From assembly GCA_963829055.1 (NCBI GenBank), contig CAWHHI010000006.1, positions 352,001 to 416,000 of the forward strand: DNA of 64,000 nt, given 5' to 3'. The stretch comes from an uncultured Gemmatimonadaceae bacterium. GTDB taxonomy: Bacteria > Gemmatimonadota > Gemmatimonadetes > Gemmatimonadales > Gemmatimonadaceae. The position numbers were made by a program, and so were the translations under genes. A model generated the notes under the pieces. That model made no database searches, had not been told where the DNA came from, and saw only the letters and a program-made list of their open reading frames with translations. Shown piece after piece: positions 11,527 to 21,041 of this stretch. Positions within the stretch are counted from its first letter, which is position 1, and every line of letters starts with the position of its first letter.

Positions 11527-11623
11527 TGTCCAAGCGTTGTTCAGGTACAATCGCTACATGTCCGCCGCATGTCAAGGCGTTGTTCATAGTTTTTAATTGA
11601 CAAGTATTGGACAAACGACGACA
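11527..11623. promoter_or_regulatory. Putative CarH operators (11-bp-spaced TnnACA repeats) over divergent promoters
   Basis: TGTCCA 11527, TGTTCA 11538; TGTCCG 11559, TGTCAA 11570, TGTTCA 11581; TTGACA 11597, TGGACA 11608. Confidence 0.7.
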
Positions 11624-11632
11624 TTCACAACT

Positions 11633-12616
11633 ATGGAAGACACAGCGCCCAAGCACCCGATTGCCGTCGTAGCCGAACGAACCGGACTCTCCCAGGACAT
11701 CCTGCGGGTGTGGGAGCGTCGATACCGGGCGGTTGAACCGAGTCGTGGCGTTGGCGGCCATCGGGCTTACTCGGACGCCGACGTCACACGCCTCCGGCTT
11801 CTGCACGCTGTCACGAACGCCGGTCGCAGCATTGGGCAGGTCGCGCACTTGCCGATCGACGAGCTGTCGCGCATGGCGCAGGAAGACGAGGCCGCACGCT
11901 CCGAACGCGCGAACGCCCGAGCGGGTGGACCGAGGCGCGGCGCTCTCCCTGAAGTCGATGACATCGTCGTGCGAGCGCTCGATCTGACATCGAGACTCGA
12001 TGGTGTAGAGCTCGAACACCTGCTCCGGCGCGCGATCGCGCAGGTCGGGATCTCCGCCTTCATTGAAGACGTGGCATCGCCCATCCTCCGCCGCATCGGC
12101 GACGACTGGCACGCCGGACGCTCGACGATCGCCCACGAGCACCTGGCGTCGTCGACGATCTACGACCTCGTGACCGAAGCGATGCGCTCCATGGCTCGCG
12201 GAAGCGGCGACGCAACGGTTCTCGTCGCCACGCCGGAAGGCGAGCGGCACGTCATTGGCGCGGCTCTGGTAGGCGCGGCCGCGGCGAGCGACGGATGGCG
12301 CGTGGTTTACCTCGGCGCCGACCTGCCCGCGAGTGAGATCGCTTCGGCGACCATCGCGACGCACGCGCGCGCCGTCGCGATGAGCATGATCTACGTCCAT
12401 GATCGCAACCGCGCGCTCGCCGAGCTTCGGTCGCTTCGCGTGCTGATCCCACCGACCGTCGCGATCATCGTGGGTGGCGGAGGTGCGCGCGACTTGAAGG
12501 ACGACCTCACCGCACTTGGGATCCGCGTCGGCGACAGCCTCCTCGATCTGCGCAACGCGTTGAACGAGGTGGCGGAGCGGGCGTCGAGCGACGCGGCAAA
12601 GCGGGGAGCGGCGTGA
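11633..12616 (+). CDS. carH: MerR-family cobalamin-binding regulator (CarH/LitR photoreceptor)
   Basis: LRVWERRY MerR head, W-x9-EH (DDWHAGRSTIAHEH), ExHxxG (EGERHVIG) and YLGADLP B12 domain. Confidence 0.85.
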   Translation: MEDTAPKHPIAVVAERTGLSQDILRVWERRYRAVEPSRGVGGHRAYSDADVTRLRLLHAVTNAGRSIGQVAHLPIDELSRMAQEDEAARSERANARAGGPRRGALPEVDDIVVRALDLTSRLDGVELEHLLRRAIAQVGISAFIEDVASPILRRIGDDWHAGRSTIAHEHLASSTIYDLVTEAMRSMARGSGDATVLVATPEGERHVIGAALVGAAAASDGWRVVYLGADLPASEIASATIATHARAVAMSMIYVHDRNRALAELRSLRVLIPPTVAIIVGGGGARDLKDDLTALGIRVGDSLLDLRNALNEVAERASSDAAKRGAA

Positions 12617-14058
12617 GGCCTGTGGGCGAACGCCTCATTCTCGTCACGGGCGCGAGCGGCTATGTCGGCGGACGGCTCGTGCGCGCGCTCGAGGAACGAG
12701 GGGAGCGAGTCCGATGTCTCGCGCGCCGACCGCAGGATCTCGCCGCGCGGATGCCGCACAGCATCGATGTCGTCGGCGGCGACGTGCTGGACGCGCCGTC
12801 GCTCGAACCCGCGCTGCACGGGGTAGACACCGCCTTCTATCTCGTCCACGGCATGGGATCACGGAGCGATTTCCAGGAGGAGGATCGCCGCGGCGCCGCG
12901 AACTTCGCGCAGGCAGCCCGCGCCGCCGGCGTACGTCGCATCGTCTACCTCGGCGGGCTCGGCACAGCGACCGACCTGTCGCCGCATCTCGCGAGTCGGC
13001 ACGAGGTCGGTCGAATCCTCCGCGAGTCGGGCGTCGATACGATCGAGCTCCGTGCATCGATCATCCTCGGCTCCGGGAGTCTGTCGTTCGAGCTGATCCG
13101 CGCTCTGGTCGAACGGCTGCCGGTGCTCGTGACGCCGAGATGGGTACAGCAGCTCACGCAGCCGATCGCGATCGAGGACGTGATCGCCTACCTCGCGGCG
13201 TCGCCGGATGCGCCGGTGGTCGGGAGCGAGATCGTGGAGATCGGCGGGCCGGATCGGGTGTCGTACCTGGATCTGATGCGGGAACATGCGCGGCAGCGCG
13301 GCCTGAAGCGCCTCATCATCCGGGTCCCTGTTCTCACCCCGTGGCTGTCGAGCCTCTGGCTCGGCCTCGTGACGCCGGTGTACGCGCGGGTCGGGCGCAA
13401 GTTGATCGACAGTCTGCGGAACGAGACCGTCGTCACGTCGCCGCGCGTTCACCAGGTCTTCCCGTCTATCCGGCCGAGGGGCTTCCGCGAGGCGCTCGAG
13501 CGGGCGCGCGCGAACGAAGACCGCGAGCTCGCCGAGACGCGGTGGTCGGACGCGCGGTCGTCGTTAGGTGCGGCGGCGCCATGGGGCGGGGCGGTGTCAG
13601 GGTCGCGGCTGGTCGATTCACGTGCACTGGCGGTCGCGGCGACGTCGCGGGTGTCGTTCGCCGCGATCACGCGCATCGGCGGTGACGTGGGCTGGTACTA
13701 CGCGAACTGGCTGTGGCGACTTCGCGGCGCGCTCGATCTGGTGGTCGGGGGAGCAGGGATGCGCCGCTCTCGGCGCGACCCGGAGGTGTTGTTTCCGGGC
13801 GACCCGCTCGACTTTTGGCGCGTGGAAGCAGTCGAGCGCGACCGGCTCGTTCGCCTGCGTGCGGAGATGAAGGTCCCCGGGCGCGCCTGGCTCCAGTTCG
13901 AGGTCCTGGCCGAGGGCGATCGCAGCGTGATCCGGCAGACGGCGCTATTCGAGCCGCGCGGCCTCGCCGGGCTGGCCTACTGGTACGCGCTCTACCCGCT
14001 CCATAGCCTCATCTTCGCCGGCATGCTCCGCGGAATCGCTACAGCCGCCGAGCGTTAG
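12613..14058 (+). CDS. Atypical SDR oxidoreductase with DUF2867 (YbjT-like)
   Basis: VTGASGYVG, FYLVH and RLRAEMKVPGRAWLQF motifs. GTGA overlap with carH. Confidence 0.88.
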   Translation: MRPVGERLILVTGASGYVGGRLVRALEERGERVRCLARRPQDLAARMPHSIDVVGGDVLDAPSLEPALHGVDTAFYLVHGMGSRSDFQEEDRRGAANFAQAARAAGVRRIVYLGGLGTATDLSPHLASRHEVGRILRESGVDTIELRASIILGSGSLSFELIRALVERLPVLVTPRWVQQLTQPIAIEDVIAYLAASPDAPVVGSEIVEIGGPDRVSYLDLMREHARQRGLKRLIIRVPVLTPWLSSLWLGLVTPVYARVGRKLIDSLRNETVVTSPRVHQVFPSIRPRGFREALERARANEDRELAETRWSDARSSLGAAAPWGGAVSGSRLVDSRALAVAATSRVSFAAITRIGGDVGWYYANWLWRLRGALDLVVGGAGMRRSRRDPEVLFPGDPLDFWRVEAVERDRLVRLRAEMKVPGRAWLQFEVLAEGDRSVIRQTALFEPRGLAGLAYWYALYPLHSLIFAGMLRGIATAAER

Positions 14059-14128
14059 GCGAGCGGCTCGGGCGACGCGGCGCGGCGCCGGTGCGGTACG
14101 AGGGTAGGCGGCAACGTTAGGGCTGCCA

Positions 14129-14157
14129 TTGCTATTCGGGCAGGGCTATGCTACGTT
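14129..14157 (+). promoter_or_regulatory. Sigma70-like promoter upstream of the cold-shock gene
   Basis: TTGCTA-17 bp-TACGTT with an extended -10 TG. Confidence 0.45.
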
Positions 14158-14209
14158 GCCTCAGCAGCCGATGCGCGGGTCGCGCGTCGAGAGTTCCAAG
14201 AGACAGCTC

Positions 14210-14240
14210 AAAGGCCCGAGCGATTGCTCGGGCCTTTTTC
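14210..14240 (+). terminator. Intrinsic terminator
   Basis: AAAGGCCCGAGC-GATT-GCTCGGGCC-TTTTT. Confidence 0.75.
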
Positions 14241-14388
14241 ATTGATCTCGATCTGCACGCAGCTGGCGATCTTCGATCGTGAGACGCGGGAACATAGGCA
14301 TCGTGCGATCGATTACCGATTGCACGGCGGTTGGTAAGTACGGCATGTCCGGACTCCGACCGCGAATACACCAATTAGGAGTTCGACC

Positions 14389-14601
14389 ATGCGTTCGACA
14401 GGCACAGTGAAGTGGTTCAACGACGACAAGGGCTTCGGTTTCATCACGCCAGAGAATGGCTCGAAGGATCTGTTCGTCCATCATTCGGCGATTCAGGGCA
14501 GCGGTTTCAAGTCCCTCGCCGAAGGCGATAAGGTCGAGTTCGACGCCGTCCAGGGCCAGAAGGGACCGGCCGCTGAGAACGTGACGAAGATCGCGCGCTA
14601 A
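14389..14601 (+). CDS. cspA: Cold-shock protein
   Basis: GTVKWFN, KGFGFI and DLFVHHSAI motifs; AGGAG SD. Confidence 0.97.
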   Translation: MRSTGTVKWFNDDKGFGFITPENGSKDLFVHHSAIQGSGFKSLAEGDKVEFDAVQGQKGPAAENVTKIAR

Positions 14602-14622
14602 GCTCGCGAACCACGCGCTGTT

Positions 14623-14659
14623 GACACGCCCCGCTCGGCTTAGCCGAGCGGGGCGTGTC
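14623..14659. terminator. Hairpin after csp
   Basis: GACACGCCCCGCTCGGC-TTA-GCCGAGCGGGGCGTGTC. Confidence 0.7.
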
Positions 14660-14688
14660 GCGTTCGGGCCATGGCATCAGTCGCTACT

Positions 14689-14952
14689 CCGACTGCGGAA
14701 CGCAGAACACGCAGGCGCGCTTCGCGCGCAACGCAGAAGGACGCAGAAAACTGCACCACACCTCGGGCGACATCTTCCTCTCGCCGAGGCCGTGAAAAAG
14801 GGGAACTACCTCGGGCAGGCCAATGGCTCGCCCGAGGTCGTTCCCCTTTGTCAAAGGCCTGGTGCACCGCCGGCGTCCCGAGCGGCCGTTTTCTGCGTCG
14901 TTCTGCGACGGCCGCGTCAGCGGCCCTGCGCGTTCTGCGTTCCGCAGTTCGG
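14689..14952. repeat. ~260-bp multi-stem palindromic element, copy 2 (inverted relative to copy 1)
   Basis: Terminal IR CTGCGGAACGCAGAAC...GTTCTGCGTTCCGCAG and the same internal layout as 2663-2920. Confidence 0.85.
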
Positions 14953-15029
14953 ACCCGCGATGATGCCGGCGTGTCGTTAGGCATCGACGCCAGCATTGAG
15001 TGGTCATCCTGTCCACCTTGTCGAGCAGT

Positions 15030-15698
15030 TCACGCAGCCTCGACCTCCGACTCCTCGATGCGGTCGGTCGCCGCGTCCGGGTGTTCGCCGAGGAACTCGA
15101 CCCAGACTTTCTTGATCTGCGGGTAGTGCTTCGTCGCTTCGACGAGGTCGAGAAAGCAGCCTAACGTGCGGGCCAGGCGGTCCTGCAAGGCCGAGTCCTT
15201 GAGCTGCCCCCCTTCTCCCCACGCCTGATGGGCCTGCGCGAGCGAAAACATGTCAGGGTAGACGCGCGTCCCGAGATGCTCGAATGGAATGCGGAGCGCC
15301 CAGAGCCCTCGATTGCCACCGACCATCGACGGCGACGCTGACATGAGCAACGCCTGCTTGCCGTTGAACGGCTGGGGGCGAAAGCGCGATACCCAGTCGA
15401 TCAGATTCTTGATCGTCGCCGGCATCGACGAGTTGTACTCCGGCGACGCGACGATCAGTGCGTCGGACGCCCTGAGCCGCTCGCAGAATCGATGCGCCCC
15501 GATCGGTGGGCCGGTGTCGACCTCGATGTCGTGATCGTAGAACGGACAGTCGAAGTCGCTGATCTCCGCTGCATCGGCCGTGGCGCCGCTATCGCTGACG
15601 AGCTTGGCGGCGAGTGTCGCGAGTCGGTTGTTCTGCGACGTGCTCGAGAGCGATGCGCCGAGTACCAACACGCGCACGTCGCGGTCGTGGTGCCCCAT
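15030..15698 (-). CDS. NADPH-dependent FMN reductase (ChrR/YieF-like)
   Basis: ASPEYNSSMPATIKNLIDWVSR and SASPSMVGGNRG motifs. Confidence 0.9.
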   Translation of the reverse strand: MGHHDRDVRVLVLGASLSSTSQNNRLATLAAKLVSDSGATADAAEISDFDCPFYDHDIEVDTGPPIGAHRFCERLRASDALIVASPEYNSSMPATIKNLIDWVSRFRPQPFNGKQALLMSASPSMVGGNRGLWALRIPFEHLGTRVYPDMFSLAQAHQAWGEGGQLKDSALQDRLARTLGCFLDLVEATKHYPQIKKVWVEFLGEHPDAATDRIEESEVEAA

Positions 15699-15831
15699 GA
15701 ATGCCTCCGTCGGGTTGTCTCTCCATCGTGCAGGGAGTAGGCCGAAGGGCCTGAGGAACGAGGGCCCGGGGTTGCCATTCGCGCAGGAGTCGATCGAGCT
15801 TCATCCATTGTCCATCCGCTCGGAGCTGCCG

Positions 15832-16407
15832 ATGCCGTTGACGTACGCACACACCGCGATTCGCGACGACCAGGTTCCTGTGGCCGCTGAGCCGCTCGTT
15901 CAGCATGCGCTCGATACGTACGCGAGCGAAACGAACAAGGTCGCGTCCGTGTGGGGTGAGTTTCGCGATGATGATCTCGCGTATCGCCCTCACGCTCGGG
16001 CGAGCACGGTTGGCGACATTCTCACGCATCAGCTCCTGTCCGAGCGCCGCTTCTTCGGCGAATTCCTCGGCGCACCCGAACCGCCGCCGGCGGATGTGCT
16101 TCCGGCCGTGCTCACGGTGCATTCGGCGCGCGATCGTCTCGTCGCACTCGCGCTGCCGCGTCTGGCATTTCTCGCGGTGCGGAAGGCTGAGTGGTGGACG
16201 CAGCGCGCCCCGTTCTTCGACGTCGAACGCACACGCGCGTGGATCTTCTGGCGTCGCGTGCTTCACACGGCGCACCATCGCACGCAACTGACGGTGTACC
16301 TGCGGATGATGGATCGGGCGGTTCCGGCAACGTATGGTCCCACTGCGGATGTCAAATGGGACGGGGCAGACGCGACACATTCCGTGGAGGCGGCTGGACG
16401 CAAGTAA
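15832..16407 (+). CDS. DinB family protein
   Basis: HQLLSERRFF and HTAHHRTQLTVYLR motifs; GGAG SD. Confidence 0.88.
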   Translation: MPLTYAHTAIRDDQVPVAAEPLVQHALDTYASETNKVASVWGEFRDDDLAYRPHARASTVGDILTHQLLSERRFFGEFLGAPEPPPADVLPAVLTVHSARDRLVALALPRLAFLAVRKAEWWTQRAPFFDVERTRAWIFWRRVLHTAHHRTQLTVYLRMMDRAVPATYGPTADVKWDGADATHSVEAAGRK

Positions 16408-16653
16408 ACGGCAGCCTGGCGCTGCACGCAGCTGCACGCTGGGCACGTCTGCCGACGGCTGCATGCTGCGGCCGCACGCTGCCCGCTGCTGCTATTAGCG
16501 CCCAGCATCCTACGCGCTGCTCGCAGCTAGCACCCAGCGTCACCCAGCAACAAGCACGATCACCCAGCAACCAGCCGCAGTCCGGTCGGCCTCCCAGCCT
16601 TGCGCAACTCCCGTCTCACTCATATCCTCGACATTGTCTAACAAATAGAGATC

Positions 16654-16971
16654 ATGCTCGGCGAACTCGAACAGATCGTCCTTCTCGCCGTCCTCCGCGT
16701 TGGCGACGCCGCCTACGGCGTTCCCGTCCACGACGAGATCGTGCGCCTGACCGGGCGCGACCTCACAGTCGGCACCGTCTACAAGACCCTGTCGCGGCTC
16801 GAGGACAAAGGACTCGTGCGCTCCTACGAAGGAGAGCCCACCGCGCAACGCGGCGGGCGCCGCACCCGCTGCTTTACCGTGACGATCACCGGGCGACGCG
16901 CGCTCGAAGCCACGCTCTCCGTGCTTCGCCGCATGGCCGTGGGTCTCGACGTCGGACTCGAGCCAACGTGA
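16654..16971 (+). CDS. PadR family regulator
   Basis: MLGELEQIVLLA, AYGV and GTVYKTLSRLEDKG motifs. Confidence 0.93.
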   Translation: MLGELEQIVLLAVLRVGDAAYGVPVHDEIVRLTGRDLTVGTVYKTLSRLEDKGLVRSYEGEPTAQRGGRRTRCFTVTITGRRALEATLSVLRRMAVGLDVGLEPT

Positions 16972-19565
16972 CGCCACCATCAACCCCGCTGGCGTACCGG
17001 CTTCTCGACCGGTTCCTGCCGCCGCGAACCGCCGATGCCGTCATCGGCGATCTCATCGAGCGTGACGTGACCGGGCTGCGCCTCTGGCGCGAGACGCTCG
17101 TCGCGCTCTGGCACCTCCGCGAACGCACGCCAAAACAGGTGGAACTCATGTCGTCGTTCCTGTCCGATCTCCGACTCGCGCTTCGACTGCTCGCGCGCGC
17201 GCCGACCTTCGCCTTCACCGCGATCCTCACTCTCGCCGTCGCGATCGGCGCGACGACCGCGATCTTCAGCGTCGCGAATCCCGTCCTCCTCCAGCCGCTG
17301 CCGTACCCGAATCCGGAGCGCATCGTAGACGTCTGGGAGCGCAACCGCGAGGGCGGACGAGACAACGTCGGGTTCGCGACGTTCCGCGACTTCGCCGACA
17401 GGTCGACCACGATCGAATCGGCAGCCGCCATTGGCTCGTGGCAACCAACGCTCTCCGACGGCGACAACCCGGAGCTCGTCAGCGGCTTGCGCGTGTCGTC
17501 GACCTACTTTCGTACGCTCGGCGTCCAGCCCGCGTTAGGCCGAGGCTTCCGCGCCGACGAAGACGTGCCCGGCGTGCCTCGCGTCGTCGTCCTCAGCTAC
17601 TCGCTCTGGCAACGACGCTTCGGCGGCGATCCCGCGATCATCGGGAAGCCGATCTCGATCGGCGGTACGCCGATGGAGGTCGTCGGCGTCATGCCTAACG
17701 GCTTCAGCGACGTCGCCGCGCCGCAAGCGCAGATCTGGCGCGTGCTCGGCTACGCGGTCACGGACCCGTATGCCTGTCGCACCTGCCATCACCTGCGGAT
17801 GGTCGCCCGGATCCGCCCCGGCGTGACACTCGAGCGCGCACAGAGTGAGCTGGACAAGATCCACGGTGTCATGCTCGCCGAGCATCCGAAGGAGTACGCG
17901 TCCGTGGGAGCGGCGGTCGTCGCACTCAAGGACGACGTGACGACCGCGTACAAGCCCGCCTTGCTCGCGCTCACCGCCGCGGTTGCACTCATGCTGATCA
18001 TCGCTATCGCGAACGTCGCCAGCCTGCAGCTCGCGCGACTCGTCAGGCGCGATGAGGAGTTCGCGATCAGAACCGCGCTCGGGGCGAGCAGCCCGAGGCT
18101 CGCGCGGCAATTGCTGACTGAGGCGTTGCTGATCGCCGTGTTCGGCGGCGTGGCCGGCGTCGTCTTCGCGGCGCTCGCCATTCCGGCGCTCGTGGCGAAG
18201 CTTCCGCCCGCTCTCCCGAGGCTCGATGCCATTCACCTCGATTTCGCCGCGCTCGGCGTCGTCGCGGGGATCGTGCTCGTCCTGACGCTCGTGGTCGGGC
18301 TCGCGCCGCGTCGAGGGCGACGCGTGGCCAACGTCGCTGACGGCCTGCGGAGCGGGCGCCGCCTAACGGGAACGCGTCACTCGGCCCTGCGCGCGGGGCT
18401 CGTCGTGACGGAGCTTGCGCTCGCGCTGATGCTGCTCGTGAGCGCCGGCCTGCTCGCGCGGAGCGTCGTGCGGCTGCTCGATGTCGACAAGGGATTCGAC
18501 GCCAACAATCTGCTGACGCTCGGAATCAACTCCGTCGGTGCGGGCTACCCGGACGACGCGTCCGTCTTCCGATACCACGATCGTGTACGCGACGCAGTGC
18601 GCGCGATCCCGGGCGTCACGAGCGTCGGCGTCGTGAATCAGCTCCCGCTCGGGGGCAACATGGATCGGTACGGCGTCACGGCCATGGACAAGCCGACCGC
18701 GAATCCGGAAGACGTCCCATCCGGGGACCGGTATGTCGTGTCCGCCGACTATCTGAAGACGATGCGCATTGGCGTGATCGCCGGACGTGGCTTCACGATC
18801 GAGGACGAGCGCGACACGACGAATCTCGTTGCGCTCGTGAGCCAGGCACTGGCGGCGAAGATCTGGGGTGGTGAGAGCCCACTCGGCAAGCGCATTCGAC
18901 TCGGCGGACCGACGCGTCCGTGGCGGACGGTCATTGGAGTGACGAAGAACGTCCGCCACAGCGGTCTCGACGCAACGGAGACGCTGCAATTCTACGTGCC
19001 CGAACGCCAGTGGTTCTCGTCGGACAACCAGGAAGTGCTGGTGATTCGCACGCAGGGTGATCCTAACGCGGTCGCGGGAGCGGTACGCCAGACGATTCAC
19101 GACATGGACCCGACGCAACCGATCGTCGGCATGGCGGCAATGGACGATGTCATCGCGGCGTCCACGGCGCAGCGTCGTCTCGCACTGGTCTTGTTCGCTG
19201 GGTTCGCGACCGCGGCCGTGCTGCTCGCGGTGGCGGGAATCTACGGCGTGCTCGCGGGCAACGTGGCCGAGCGGACGCGCGAGATCGGGTTGCGAGCGGC
19301 GTTGGGCGCGACGCCTAACAGGATCCTGCAACTCGTGGTGGGGCAGGGCGCCCGCCTCGCGGTGATCGGTCTTTGCCTCGGCCTCCTCGGCGCGTTAGGC
19401 ATCACGCGATCGCTGCAGGCGCTCCTGTTTGGTGTCGGTCCACACGATCCGATCACGATCGTGGCCGCAACCGCGCTCCTGCTGGTGACGACACTGGTTG
19501 CGTGTCTCGTGCCCGCAGTACGCGCGGTTCGGGTCGATCCCAGTCAGGCGTTCAGGAGCGAATGA
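16968..19565 (+). CDS. ADOP/MacB-like ABC permease
   Basis: GTG overlaps the padR stop. LTLAVAIGATTAIFSV, EFAIRTALGA and REIGLRAALGA show duplicated FtsX halves. Confidence 0.92.
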   Translation: MTPPSTPLAYRLLDRFLPPRTADAVIGDLIERDVTGLRLWRETLVALWHLRERTPKQVELMSSFLSDLRLALRLLARAPTFAFTAILTLAVAIGATTAIFSVANPVLLQPLPYPNPERIVDVWERNREGGRDNVGFATFRDFADRSTTIESAAAIGSWQPTLSDGDNPELVSGLRVSSTYFRTLGVQPALGRGFRADEDVPGVPRVVVLSYSLWQRRFGGDPAIIGKPISIGGTPMEVVGVMPNGFSDVAAPQAQIWRVLGYAVTDPYACRTCHHLRMVARIRPGVTLERAQSELDKIHGVMLAEHPKEYASVGAAVVALKDDVTTAYKPALLALTAAVALMLIIAIANVASLQLARLVRRDEEFAIRTALGASSPRLARQLLTEALLIAVFGGVAGVVFAALAIPALVAKLPPALPRLDAIHLDFAALGVVAGIVLVLTLVVGLAPRRGRRVANVADGLRSGRRLTGTRHSALRAGLVVTELALALMLLVSAGLLARSVVRLLDVDKGFDANNLLTLGINSVGAGYPDDASVFRYHDRVRDAVRAIPGVTSVGVVNQLPLGGNMDRYGVTAMDKPTANPEDVPSGDRYVVSADYLKTMRIGVIAGRGFTIEDERDTTNLVALVSQALAAKIWGGESPLGKRIRLGGPTRPWRTVIGVTKNVRHSGLDATETLQFYVPERQWFSSDNQEVLVIRTQGDPNAVAGAVRQTIHDMDPTQPIVGMAAMDDVIAASTAQRRLALVLFAGFATAAVLLAVAGIYGVLAGNVAERTREIGLRAALGATPNRILQLVVGQGARLAVIGLCLGLLGALGITRSLQALLFGVGPHDPITIVAATALLLVTTLVACLVPAVRAVRVDPSQAFRSE

Positions 19566-19599
19566 GACCGGCTGCGTGCTTCCGTTTGCTCCCGGGCGG

Positions 19600-20052
19600 T
19601 CAGTCGGCGCGGCCGCGGCCTGGCTCGCGGAGCGAGTGAGTGATCGCGGCGATCTGCTGGCGCGCAGCCTCCATCTCCGCTGCGACCGCACGTTGTTCAA
19701 TGGCGGCCTCGAGCACACGACTGTGCAGCTTTCGCGCAGCCTCGGCTGCCTCTCGCGCGGCCTCGGCGTTCACTCTCGCTTCTTCGGCGTACTGGCGAGC
19801 GCTTTCGCCCGCTCGGCGAGCCGCCTCGGCTTCGATTCTCAGCGCTTCGCGCGCTTCTCGAAGGAGCTCGGCGTCGGTGCGTCCAGTCTCCGCGGTGTCC
19901 CGGTCGGTCTCGGCGTCGGATGCCATGTCGGCACGCGATGCGCGCTCCGCTTCAGCAATCTCCCGACTCTCTTCAGCGGTTTCGCGATGGCGCTCGCCTA
20001 CTTCGCGGTCCCGTTCGTTGTCGCCGTGCGTCGATCGATGGGCGTGTGTCAT
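19600..20052 (-). CDS. Hypothetical charged coiled-coil protein
   Basis: E/R/A-rich repetitive helix; GAGG SD before the ATG. Confidence 0.6.
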   Translation of the reverse strand: MTHAHRSTHGDNERDREVGERHRETAEESREIAEAERASRADMASDAETDRDTAETGRTDAELLREAREALRIEAEAARRAGESARQYAEEARVNAEAAREAAEAARKLHSRVLEAAIEQRAVAAEMEAARQQIAAITHSLREPGRGRAD

Positions 20053-20259
20053 GGCTACCTCGTCAGGTCCCGCGAGTTCTTCGTGCGCCTATGCGCGCCC
20101 GGTCCAGCGTCGACGCCAATACGGGTTCGGCGGACGCAGGCTCGCACTACGACGGTACGCCACTTGATCGCGAATGGACAGTGCGGACCTCGTGATCCTC
20201 GCGACTTCAGCCGTAGGACGCCGCAGACTGTCGCTCACTCGAGGGCGCGCGACCCAACG

Positions 20260-20547
20260 TCACCTCAGGCCGGTCGGCCCTCGTGGTTTGTCGGGCGGCT
20301 CGCGTTCTCCAAGCTGCTCGAGCACCACCGATTCGGGTGGGTCCCACAGACCCGAGAGGCCTGGGAGGCTCGCTTCGCGGTGCGCGAACCGGATCCTGGT
20401 CCGGGCGATCTCGGCCACCAGTGCCGCGAACTCGTCGGGCGGGAGGTGCGCGCAGACTGGCCGGAGCCGGGCGGCAATGTCACCGACCAGCGCGGGTAGC
20501 GCGTCGCCCAGCGCTTCGTAGCCTTCGGGGTCCGGAATGTTTTGCAC
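20260..20547 (-). CDS. Small hypothetical protein (DIAxRLR...FxALV family)
   Basis: LVGDIAARLRPVCAHLPPDEFAALVAEIA, similar to the product of 20774-21037. Confidence 0.65.
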   Translation of the reverse strand: MQNIPDPEGYEALGDALPALVGDIAARLRPVCAHLPPDEFAALVAEIARTRIRFAHREASLPGLSGLWDPPESVVLEQLGEREPPDKPRGPTGLR

Positions 20548-20773
20548 TGGTGCGGCGCTCGGGCGAGGGTAGTGCTACCGATCCCGCCTCGAGCGGCAAA
20601 TCCCGCACCCAAGGATGCGGGCGTCGCGCCAGAAGTCCGATCCGGGTGCGCCGCGCGTGTCCGCGCCGTCCGGTGAGGCCCTCGCGGACCATGGCCGATC
20701 CACCGTGTAACGCATTCGGGTGGCCCGCTCGCGGGCATGGCGAATGCGATTACTTGGGGCCCAAAGGAGCCCC

Positions 20774-21037
20774 ATGCCCCCGAGGCCGGACCGCCCGAAC
20801 GCGATGGACGAAGCCGCGCAACGCCTTGCCGCCGAAATGCCGGCGGCGGCGGGCCTGGGCTCGGCCGACGACGGGCGCATTGAGTTGGCGCAGTCGGTGG
20901 TTGCCGACATCGCCATCCGTCTCCGCCGCCTCGGGCTCCGCCTCTCTCACGACGATTTCGTCGCCCTGGTGCTCGAGTTGGCGCACGAACAACTGGTGGA
21001 CGGGGCAGCCGACGTCGACGCACGGCCCGGGAGCTAA
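20774..21037 (+). CDS. Small hypothetical protein, likely paralog of 20260-20547
   Basis: AAGGAG SD; VVADIAIRLRRLGLRLSHDDFVALVLELA. Confidence 0.65.
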   Translation: MPPRPDRPNAMDEAAQRLAAEMPAAAGLGSADDGRIELAQSVVADIAIRLRRLGLRLSHDDFVALVLELAHEQLVDGAADVDARPGS

Positions 21038-21041
21038 CGGT

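Noticed and set aside
14621..15126. ORFs over the palindromic elements (also 2560-3140 and 51424-52092)
   Set aside because: Their shared peptides (FSASFCV, TQKDAEN) come from translating the DNA repeat; they have no SD or codon bias.
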